Source: a virus (taxonomy: Duplodnaviria; Heunggongvirae; Uroviricota; Caudoviricetes). Taken from it: a stretch of DNA of 12,424 bases. Each line of letters opens with the position of its first letter. Position 1 is the stretch's first letter. Under the pieces are notes generated by a model. That model worked only from the letters and a program-made list of their open reading frames with translations. It was not told where the DNA came from and made no database searches. The stretch is from IMG/VR virus record IMGVR_UViG_2737471831_000003, positions 1-12,424 of that record. One strand, written 5' to 3'. Of the stretch, positions 5,543 through 12,070 are shown piece by piece. The translations under genes and the position numbers were made by a program.

Positions 5543-6473
5543 ATTAACCGGCTATGTATGGGATGGTTGCGCTGCATCAGGCATGAAGTTATCCAGCGTG
5601 GCAATTATGGCCCGCCTGGCTGATTTCAGTAATGACGAAGGTGTGTGCTGGCCATCAATTGAAACCATTGCCCGTCAGATTGGCGCGGGGATGAGTACCG
5701 TCAGAACGGCTATCGCACGGCTGGAAGCAGAAGGCTGGTTAACGCGTAAGGCGCGTCGCCAGGGTAACCGCAATGCGTCGAATGTTTATCAGCTTAACGT
5801 TGCGAAGCTTCAGGCAGCGGCATTTTCTCAACTGTCAGATTCTGACCCGTCAAAATCTGACGCATCAAAATCTGACCCGTCAAAATTTGATGCGTCGAAA
5901 TCTGGGAAAAAAGCGGGTTTTCACCCGTCAGAATCTGGTGGGGATCCGTCAGTAAAATCAAAACATGATCCGTCAGATAAAAAACCTTCTCGTCCGGACG
6001 CTTCGCAACCGGACACGCAGAAGGCTGAACAGGATTTTTTAACTCGCCATCCTGATGCGGTTGTATTCAGCCCTAAAAAGCGCCAGTGGGGAACGCAGGA
6101 TGATTTGACCTGCGCACAGTGGCTCTGGAAAAAAATCATCGCCCTGTACGAGCAGGCCGCCGAATGTGACGGCGAGGTGGTTCGTCCCAAAGAACCGAAC
6201 TGGACAGCCTGGGCAAACGAAATTCGCCTGATGTGTGTGCAGGATGGTCGTACTCACAAACAAATCTGCGAGATGTACAGCCGCGTCAGCCGCGATCCGT
6301 TCTGGTGCCGTAACGTGCTCAGCCCGTCGAAGCTGCGGGAAAAATGGGATGAGCTTTCCCTGCGCTTATCGCCGTCCGTCAGCACGTACACCGAAAAACG
6401 CGAAGACCCGTACTTCAAAGCCAGTTACGACAACGTGGACTACAGCCAGATCCCGGCAGGATTCAGGGGGTGA
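5532..6473 (+). CDS. Phage replication initiation protein (N-terminal winged-HTH, low-complexity linker, DnaT-like C-terminus)
   Basis: 313 aa; GAGGT 5 nt before the ATG. N-terminal HTH typical of phage replication initiators (SIETIARQIGAGMSTVRTAIARLEAEGWL); central SDPSK-type linker encoded by the iteron array; C-terminus ends ...NWTAWANEIRL...QIPAGFRG, resembling (from memory) the C-terminal domain of primosomal protein DnaT (...IPPGFRG). Confidence 0.8.
   Translation: MSTKLTGYVWDGCAASGMKLSSVAIMARLADFSNDEGVCWPSIETIARQIGAGMSTVRTAIARLEAEGWLTRKARRQGNRNASNVYQLNVAKLQAAAFSQLSDSDPSKSDASKSDPSKFDASKSGKKAGFHPSESGGDPSVKSKHDPSDKKPSRPDASQPDTQKAEQDFLTRHPDAVVFSPKKRQWGTQDDLTCAQWLWKKIIALYEQAAECDGEVVRPKEPNWTAWANEIRLMCVQDGRTHKQICEMYSRVSRDPFWCRNVLSPSKLREKWDELSLRLSPSVSTYTEKREDPYFKASYDNVDYSQIPAGFRG
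5831..5985. repeat. Iteron-like direct repeat array (15-bp period), candidate replication origin
   Basis: Four consecutive 15-bp units at 5842-5901 (CTGACCCGTCAAAAT, CTGACGCATCAAAAT, CTGACCCGTCAAAAT, TTGATGCGTCGAAAT), plus degenerate CCGTCAG-containing copies to about 5980 and an A-rich stretch (5976-5985). Confidence 0.6.
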
Positions 6474-6475
6474 TC

Positions 6476-6964
6476 ATGAGTCTTTTGAATGAAGTTCAGA
6501 AATTCATTGAAGCCCATCCGGGGTGTACTTCCGGAGACATTGCGGATGCTTTTGCAGGTTATTCACGGCAGCGCGTTCTGCAGTCTGCAAGCAAGTTACG
6601 TCAGAGTGGGCGTGTGGCTCACCGTTGTGAAGGAGATACACGCAGACATTTCCCGCGCCTGACTGAGAGAGCGCAGGAGCCGGAACCACAACCAGTTCGT
6701 GAAACCAGACCTGTGCGCAATTTCTATGTCGGCACTAACGATCCCCGGGTGATTTTGTGCCTGACCCGCCAGGCTGAAGAACTGGAGTCAAGGGGCTTAT
6801 ACCGTCGTGCTGCAACCGTGTGGATGGCGGCATTCCGTGAAAGCCACTCCCAGCCAGAACGAAACAATTTTCTGGCGCGTCGTGAGCAGTGCTTACAGAA
6901 AAGCAGCAAGCGCGCTGCATCGGGTGAAGAGTGGTATCTGTCAGGGAATTACGTGGGGGCGTAA
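6476..6964 (+). CDS. PerC-like transcriptional regulator domain protein
   Basis: ATG at 6476 with GGGGG 5 nt upstream (GTG at 6470 also in frame). C-terminal AEELESRGLYRRAATVWMAAF resembles the PerC/Pch motif (A..LE.RGLWRRAA..W), recalled from memory. Confidence 0.55.
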   Translation: MSLLNEVQKFIEAHPGCTSGDIADAFAGYSRQRVLQSASKLRQSGRVAHRCEGDTRRHFPRLTERAQEPEPQPVRETRPVRNFYVGTNDPRVILCLTRQAEELESRGLYRRAATVWMAAFRESHSQPERNNFLARREQCLQKSSKRAASGEEWYLSGNYVGA

Positions 6965-7290
6965 TGACGACGTTAACTCAATGCCAGCAGCAGGTGCTGG
7001 ATATGCTGATTTCTTATCAGAAAGAGCGTGGCTTTCCGCCAACCAATCAGGAGGTGGCAACCATGCTGGGATACCGTTCGGTGAATGCAGCGGTGGAGCA
7101 TCTTCGCGCACTGGAGAAAAAAGGCGTCATCACGATAAAGCGTGGCGTGGCACGGGGGATAACGCTTCATACCGCTGTGAAGGACGACGACAGCGAGGCG
7201 GTCGGGATTATCCGCGCACTGCTTGCCGGTGAGGAAAACGCCAGGCTGCGTGCAGCCCACTGGTTACATGAGAGGGGCCTGAAAGTATGA
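6964..7290 (+). CDS. LexA N-terminal DNA-binding-domain-only protein (no S24 peptidase domain)
   Basis: ATG at 6964 overlaps the upstream stop (TAATG). QQQVLDMLISYQKERGFPPTNQEVATMLGYRSVNAAVEHLRALEKKGVITIKRGVARGITL aligns closely with E. coli LexA residues ~8-70 ([61 protein letters not shown]). The protein ends after ~108 aa with no catalytic Ser/Lys domain. Confidence 0.8.
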   Translation: MTTLTQCQQQVLDMLISYQKERGFPPTNQEVATMLGYRSVNAAVEHLRALEKKGVITIKRGVARGITLHTAVKDDDSEAVGIIRALLAGEENARLRAAHWLHERGLKV

Positions 7291-7676
7291 AGCTGATTCT
7301 GCCTTTTCCGCCCAGCGTGAACACGTACTGGCGACACCCCAACAAAGGGGCGTTTGCTGGTAAGAGCCTGATAAGCGCGGCGGGGCGCAAATTCCAGAGC
7401 GCGGCGTGTGCAGCAATAGTTGAGCAGTTACGTCGTCTGCCAAAACCAACGTCGGCACCTGCTTCAGTGGAGATCGTGTTGTTTCCACCGGATAACCGGA
7501 TCCGCGATCTGGACAACTATAACAAGGCGCTGTTTGACGCCCTGACCCACGCGGGTGTGTGGGAGGACGACAGTCAGGTGAAAAGAATGCTGGTGGAGTG
7601 GGGGCCGGTTATCCCGGAAGGGAAGGTCGAGATCACTATCAGTAAGTACGAGAAAACGGCGGGTGCAGCCGCCTGA
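7287..7676 (+). CDS. rusA: Holliday-junction resolvase RusA
   Basis: 129 aa; LPFPPSVNTYWR and RDLDNYNKALFDALTHAGVWEDDSQV match the RusA motifs ([38 protein letters not shown]). ATG overlaps the upstream stop (ATGA). Confidence 0.92.
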   Translation: MKLILPFPPSVNTYWRHPNKGAFAGKSLISAAGRKFQSAACAAIVEQLRRLPKPTSAPASVEIVLFPPDNRIRDLDNYNKALFDALTHAGVWEDDSQVKRMLVEWGPVIPEGKVEITISKYEKTAGAAA

Positions 7677-7695
7677 TTAAGAGGAGAAACGAAGT

Positions 7696-8493
7696 ATGAA
7701 TAATCTGATGGTCATTGATGGTATTGAAGTTCGTCGTGATGCTTATGGGCGTTACAGCCTGAACGATCTGCACAGGGCTGCCGGTTCTCAGGATAAGCAT
7801 AAGCCTGCATTTTGGCTCCGCAATGAGCAAACCGAACGTTTAATAAGCGAGTTGCAGATTTGCAACTCGGTCAATATAGAGCCAGTTAACGTTATTCGTG
7901 GCGGAAATAACCAGGGGACGTATGTCTGCAAAGAACTGGTGTATGCCTATGCAATGTGGATCAGTCCGTCATTCCATCTGAAGGTGATCCGTACTTTCGA
8001 TATGGTAACCAGCGCACCGGAAAAATTATCCGGGCAGGCTGCTGACAAGATGCAGGCTGGTGTGATTCTGCTGGACTTTATGCGTCGGGAGTTAAACCTG
8101 TCTAACTCATCTGTGCTTGGGGCCTGTCAGAAACTCCAGGAGGCTGTTGGTTTACCGAATCTGGCACCGCGCTATGCCATTGATGCCCCTGCTGATGCAC
8201 ACGATGGCTCAAGTCGCCCGACACTGTCACTGAGTGCACTGCTGAAACAGTATGGTATCCGCCTTACGGCTAATCAGGCATATCACCAGATGGTGAAACT
8301 GGGGATCGTCGAACAGCGCGAACGATACAGCCGTACCGCGATTAATAACATCAAAAAATTCTGGTCGCTGACGGCGAAAGGCTGCATGTTCGGCAAGAAC
8401 ATCACCAGTCCGGCAAATCCGCGTGAGACGCAGCCGCATTTCTTCGAATCCCGATTCCCTGAGCTGTTAAAGCTGCTCGATACCGTTCATTGA
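7696..8493 (+). CDS. KilA-N domain protein
   Basis: 265 aa; GAGGAG RBS at 7681-7686. N-terminal ~100 aa (IDGIEVRRDAYGRYSLNDLHRAAG...PAFWLRNEQT...YVCKELVYAYAMWISPSFHLKVIRTF) fit the KilA-N DNA-binding domain pattern. Confidence 0.8.
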   Translation: MNNLMVIDGIEVRRDAYGRYSLNDLHRAAGSQDKHKPAFWLRNEQTERLISELQICNSVNIEPVNVIRGGNNQGTYVCKELVYAYAMWISPSFHLKVIRTFDMVTSAPEKLSGQAADKMQAGVILLDFMRRELNLSNSSVLGACQKLQEAVGLPNLAPRYAIDAPADAHDGSSRPTLSLSALLKQYGIRLTANQAYHQMVKLGIVEQRERYSRTAINNIKKFWSLTAKGCMFGKNITSPANPRETQPHFFESRFPELLKLLDTVH

Positions 8494-8494
8494 G

Positions 8495-9490
8495 GTGACC
8501 GTGAGAGCGCTACTGACCCCTGAGATTGCCCCGCGTATGGGGATCGTATTGTTCAGACCCGGTTCAGAGCTGATGCCCCTGTTTATGCAGGGGCGTGTCC
8601 TGCTGGAGCCTGAGCCGGAGCGTTATTCATCTTTCGCCAGTGGTGCCGTTCCGGCGGCATCACAACCGCTGGCGGATGATCCTGCCGTTCGGGCCGTGTT
8701 CCGCAATGAGGCAGTGATCCGTCGTGCTGGTGGCGTGGAATGTCTTGAAAGCTGGTTACTTCGTGAAAAAGGCTGCCAGTGGCCTCATTCCGACTGGCAC
8801 AGCGAGAACATGACAACAATGCGACACGCTCCGGGCGCAATCCGTCTGTGCTGGCACTGCGATAACCAGCTGCGCGATCAGTTCACGGAACGGCTGGAAT
8901 CAATGGCAACGGATAACTGTGCCCGCTGGGTGTTGTCTGTTGTGCGTCGGGATCTCGGTTTTGATGATAGTCACGTTGTGACAATGCCGGAACTGTGCTG
9001 GTGGCTGATTCGTAATGACCTGGCGGATGCCTTACCGGAAAGTGCAGCCCGTAAGGCACTGAGATTACCGAGGCCTGTTGTGCCGTCTGTCACCCGGGAA
9101 AGTGACCTTGTGCCTTCGGTTCCTGCCACCAGCATCATCCAGGATAAAGCGAAAAAGGTGCTGGCGCTGAAAGTGGATCCGGAGTCGCCGGAGTCTTTTA
9201 TGTTACGCCCAAAACGTCGCCGCTGGGTTAATGAAAAGTACACGCGCTGGGTTAAGACACAGCCGTGTGCATGTTGTGGAAAGCCTGCTGATGATCCCCA
9301 CCACCTGATAGGTCACGGTCAGGGTGGAATGGGAACAAAAGCGCATGACCTCTTTGTGTTGCCTTTGTGCAGAAAGCATCACGACGAGCTGCATGCGGAT
9401 ACCGTGGCATTTGAAGAGAAGTATGGCTCCCAGCTGGAGCTGATATTTCGTTTTATCGATCGTGCGCTGGCAATTGGCGTGCTGGCCTGA
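8495..9490 (+). CDS. DUF968-like phage protein with C-terminal Cys/His-rich (HNH-like) motif
   Basis: 331 aa; likely start GTG at 8501 (GAGG 5 nt upstream) rather than 8495. C-terminal CACCGKPADDPHHLIGHGQGG...HDLFVLPLCRKHHDELH is a zinc-binding/HNH-like signature; the position after rusA/KilA-N matches DUF968 genes in Qin-type prophages (from memory). Confidence 0.65.
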   Translation: MTVRALLTPEIAPRMGIVLFRPGSELMPLFMQGRVLLEPEPERYSSFASGAVPAASQPLADDPAVRAVFRNEAVIRRAGGVECLESWLLREKGCQWPHSDWHSENMTTMRHAPGAIRLCWHCDNQLRDQFTERLESMATDNCARWVLSVVRRDLGFDDSHVVTMPELCWWLIRNDLADALPESAARKALRLPRPVVPSVTRESDLVPSVPATSIIQDKAKKVLALKVDPESPESFMLRPKRRRWVNEKYTRWVKTQPCACCGKPADDPHHLIGHGQGGMGTKAHDLFVLPLCRKHHDELHADTVAFEEKYGSQLELIFRFIDRALAIGVLA

Positions 9491-9507
9491 TTTTGTGGAG
9501 AAAGTTG

Positions 9508-9855
9508 ATGCGTGATATGTATGAAGTATTGGACCGCTGGGGAGCATGGGCTGCAGCAGATAACAGTGGCGTGGACTGGCAGCCGATAGCTGCAGGCTTC
9601 AAGGGGCTTTTACCTCATGGCAAAAAGTCCCGGATTCAGTGTGATGATGACGAAGGCATTATGATAGACAGTTGTGTGGCTCGGTTGAGAAAGTATAAAC
9701 CAGAGGAATATGAGCTAATCATAGCTCACTTTGTCATTGGTATCTCATTACGCACTATTGCCAAGAAGAGAAGATGTTCAGATGGCACAGTTAGGAAAAA
9801 ATTGCAGACTGCCTTGGGGTTTGTTGAAGGATGTATTTGTTTGATTGAGTTCTAA
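9508..9855 (+). CDS. Q: Late-gene antiterminator Q (phage 82/QuuD-like family)
   Basis: ATG at 9508 with GGAG 7 nt upstream (an upstream TTG at 9493 is also in frame). VLDRWGAWAA...DWQPIAAGFKGLL...SRIQCDDDEGIM resembles E. coli QuuD as recalled; Cys pairs consistent with a Q zinc finger; last early-right gene before the lysis cassette. Confidence 0.75.
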   Translation: MRDMYEVLDRWGAWAAADNSGVDWQPIAAGFKGLLPHGKKSRIQCDDDEGIMIDSCVARLRKYKPEEYELIIAHFVIGISLRTIAKKRRCSDGTVRKKLQTALGFVEGCICLIEF

Positions 9856-9883
9856 AAAGAATGAGGCGTAAGCCTCATTCTTT
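9856..9883. terminator. Bidirectional intrinsic terminator between Q and the convergent membrane-protein gene
   Basis: Perfect 12-bp stem (9856-9867 AAAGAATGAGGC / 9872-9883 GCCTCATTCTTT) with GTAA loop, A-run on one side and T-run on the other. The minus-strand gene's stop codon (9875-9877) lies in the stem. Confidence 0.75.
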
Positions 9884-10444
9884 ATCTTTAATTATAAGTT
9901 TCGATTTTTCATCATGCATTTTGTCTATCATAAAATACATACCTAATGCCGTTGTGTATATAATGTTGCATATGGTACTTAAATAAATAAACAAAAGTAA
10001 TGATTTCACTAGTGGATATGATGAAAGGTGTAATTCCTTGATGCTTGCACTGGTTAGTTGAAGTGCTCCTCCAACGAAATACAGCGCGATGCTCATAAAC
10101 GCTAAATAACCAAATAGATAAGTGAGGAATTTACGCCTTGTAAGTTTTTTACCTTTTAATACCGGAGGTATGCCATGCATAACTTCATCCATACCATCCT
10201 TACTGAAGGTTGCAACTGCAGCCATAGATGCAATGTAAAAACCAGATAGTATTTGAAGTATCCCGTTTACTAAAGACACAAGACTATCCTTCCCGAGAAG
10301 TGAGATGGTTTTCGGTAAGTAATAGATGGATAAAGTAATAATTGCAGCAGTGAAAATGGGTAAAACCCAGTCAAAAAATCGCTTCTCAGGATGCTTTATG
10401 CGTAGGTAGTCTATAGGTGTAAAAACCTTAGATAAAACATACAT
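9875..10444 (-). CDS. Small integral membrane protein, 4 predicted TM helices (189 aa)
   Basis: Start ATG at 10444 with AGGAGG 5 nt upstream (the longer ORF to 10537 would overlap the upstream gene). Four hydrophobic segments: FFDWVLPIFTAAIITLSIYYL, LVSLVNGILQILSGFYIASMAAVATF, FLTYLFGYLAFMSIALYFVGGAL, LVKSLLLFIYLSTICNIIYTTALGMYFMI. AT-rich. Confidence 0.75.
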   Translation of the reverse strand: MYVLSKVFTPIDYLRIKHPEKRFFDWVLPIFTAAIITLSIYYLPKTISLLGKDSLVSLVNGILQILSGFYIASMAAVATFSKDGMDEVMHGIPPVLKGKKLTRRKFLTYLFGYLAFMSIALYFVGGALQLTSASIKELHLSSYPLVKSLLLFIYLSTICNIIYTTALGMYFMIDKMHDEKSKLIIKDKE

Positions 10445-10476
10445 ATATGCCTCCTTTTGACAGGTTTTCCATGCCT

Positions 10477-11412
10477 TCACTTTAACATAAAGTTTTGCAT
10501 TTTTGCGAGAAGTTCTTCGTGAAATGCTGTTTGGCAAACGGCAATTGTTGATGCCAACACTGCTTTTTCACGTTGTGCCAATTGTGCTGTTGCGAGTTCC
10601 TGTAAGCTCATTTCTTTTCCGATGGAAACAAGATCTGATGAAACGCGTTTATTTTTGTCTTTATAAGAAATTCTTAACATTGTATACTTTCTACCACGAA
10701 GTTTGTCATATGCAGACTTAATCGCCTTAATTGCACCCTCTCCGCGACGTATTTTTGTTGATAGCTTTAGTGTTTCTTCTTCAACCATTACTGTGCCATC
10801 ATCATCTAAAGAGTTATCTTTAAAGCGACGAGTAGCAGTAAGTCCACATAAATAACCAGTGGATAGAGATTGCTCAAGTGTTGTTGCAGCCAAAAAATCA
10901 ATGTCGAAAATAGGTCTGCACTTAAGTTCTTTTTTCCCTCCTGAACGGATAAAGGAAAAATTATTTTCTCGCAGGAAATAAGTTAAAGCTTGGGCTAATA
11001 AACCTCTGGTAATGCCCGGAACTTCTTCTAAAATTGCCTCATAACAATCTTGGAATGATGAGTCGCTCGGTCTTTTTTTGATAAGCACATGAGCAGAGTA
11101 CCCCATACCTTCATCATTTTGCTTTTTCTCAATTCTGGTTTCACCAGTTTTTATGTTGGAAAAGGCGGGATCAGAAGCATCTTTATTTATATATTGAAAA
11201 AGCAATTTCAGGTAATTTTCATCGTCTTTTATGGATAGCAATCTTATGACAGAACGTCCTTTGTTTAATTCGTAAACAGCTTCTCCTTTGTTATAGCGAT
11301 TTTTTAAAACAGGAATACAGTTTACTAAAGGCATGTCAGGTGCGTCATTAGGATACTTCTTTAAAGTAACCTGGCATTTGATCATGAAACGTTCATTATC
11401 TCCCAAGAGCAT
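10477..11412 (-). CDS. Hypothetical soluble protein (311 aa) with a possible Pol-beta-type nucleotidyltransferase signature
   Basis: ATG at 11412 with AAGGA 6 nt upstream; AT-rich. IRSGGKKELKCRPIFDIDFL (residues ~156-175) fits the hG[GS]-x9-13-DhDh pattern; an acidic cluster SLDDDG lies ~30 residues downstream. No family recognised with confidence. Confidence 0.7.
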   Translation of the reverse strand: MLLGDNERFMIKCQVTLKKYPNDAPDMPLVNCIPVLKNRYNKGEAVYELNKGRSVIRLLSIKDDENYLKLLFQYINKDASDPAFSNIKTGETRIEKKQNDEGMGYSAHVLIKKRPSDSSFQDCYEAILEEVPGITRGLLAQALTYFLRENNFSFIRSGGKKELKCRPIFDIDFLAATTLEQSLSTGYLCGLTATRRFKDNSLDDDGTVMVEEETLKLSTKIRRGEGAIKAIKSAYDKLRGRKYTMLRISYKDKNKRVSSDLVSIGKEMSLQELATAQLAQREKAVLASTIAVCQTAFHEELLAKMQNFMLK

Positions 11413-11472
11413 ATCTGTTCCTTATACGAGCACTAATACTGATTGCTGTTTTTAGTTCAGCAGAACCAAAGG

Positions 11473-11501
11473 TTAACTGATTGTGCTTGATAGTATATAT
11501 T
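11473..11501 (+). promoter_or_regulatory. Putative late promoter (pR'-like)
   Basis: TTAACT (11473-11478), 17-bp spacer, TATATT (11496-11501), in an AT-rich region about 240 bp upstream of the holin and about 70 bp upstream of a plus-strand terminator hairpin. Sequence-only prediction. Confidence 0.3.
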
Positions 11502-11566
11502 TTTCACTAACGCGTACGCAAAAAGTATTGTATCGTGTTAAGAGTGGTTACTTCGCCACACAACTT

Positions 11567-11596
11567 AAACCCGCCGCTGAGCGGGTTTTGTCGTTT
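11567..11596 (+). terminator. Putative tR'-like intrinsic terminator upstream of the lysis genes
   Basis: 8-bp stem (11567-11574 AAACCCGC / 11581-11588 GCGGGTTT) with 6-nt loop CGCTGA, followed by TGTCGTTTCT. Confidence 0.5.
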
Positions 11597-11740
11597 CTGG
11601 GCCTAGGGATTCGTTGGGCCTGGTCTATCCCGCAGTTATCCATTGGCTCGGCTTCTTTGACGTTTCCGCTTCTGATTTGCGGTACATGATGTTCCCTCAA
11701 TTTGCACCTGCTGTATCAGCGAGGTGAGAGATAACTACAA

Positions 11741-12067
11741 ATGCCTCATAACCCAAATACCTGGCTGGAGTTGGTCCAGAGCTGGTGGCGTGGAGACACA
11801 CCGCTGGGCGCAGTGATTATGTCGATTGTTATGGCTGGTTTACGTATTGCCTATTTTGGCGGTGGTGGCGGCTGGAAGCGAAAAACACTCGAAATTCTAC
11901 TCTGTGGCGCTCTGACGCTGACTTTTGCATCCGCTCTTGAGTATGTCGGATGGCCTAAATCACTATCTGTTGCCATTGGTGGTGGGGTGGGGCTGATCGG
12001 TGTCGATGCTATTCGTGGGGCTGCAATGAGAGTAATCGGTAACAAGTTTGGTGGCTCTAAGGAGTAA
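11741..12067 (+). CDS. S: Holin, lambda S-like (class I)
   Basis: 108 aa with three hydrophobic segments and a charged C-terminus, similar in size and hydropathy to lambda S; stop 3 nt before the endolysin start. Confidence 0.8.
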   Translation: MPHNPNTWLELVQSWWRGDTPLGAVIMSIVMAGLRIAYFGGGGGWKRKTLEILLCGALTLTFASALEYVGWPKSLSVAIGGGVGLIGVDAIRGAAMRVIGNKFGGSKE

Positions 12068-12070
12068 TTT

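Noticed and set aside
5831-5985. CRISPR array
   Set aside because: Repeats are 15 bp with no intervening unique spacers, lie inside a coding gene and preserve its reading frame; this is an iteron array, not CRISPR.
5773-6263. ORFs 5773-5955 (+), 5921-6190 (-), 6039-6263 (-) and 6235-6492 (+)
   Set aside because: Alternative-frame or antisense shadows inside the replication-initiator gene; repetitive or low-complexity translations driven by the iterons.
6504-7516. Minus-strand and out-of-frame ORFs overlapping the PerC-like, LexA-DBD and rusA genes
   Set aside because: Antisense or alternative-frame shadows of a tightly coupled, translationally overlapped plus-strand operon; Arg/Ala/Gly-rich junk-like translations.
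8227-9547. Minus-strand ORFs 8227-8439, 8583-8840, 8971-9243 and 9203-9547
   Set aside because: Antisense to the KilA-N, DUF968 and Q genes; no independent RBS or family signal.
10503-10721. 72-aa plus-strand ORF inside the cargo cassette
   Set aside because: Antisense to the 311-aa gene; an AT-rich shadow ORF with no RBS.
11483-11689. 68-aa plus-strand ORF
   Set aside because: Lies in the AT-rich promoter/terminator region between the cargo cassette and the holin, has no RBS and spans the predicted terminator hairpin.
9856-11740. Shiga toxin or porin-type cargo at the Q-S junction
   Set aside because: The two ORFs present are a soluble 311-aa protein and a 4-TM membrane protein on the opposite strand; neither resembles StxA/StxB or a beta-barrel porin in size or composition.
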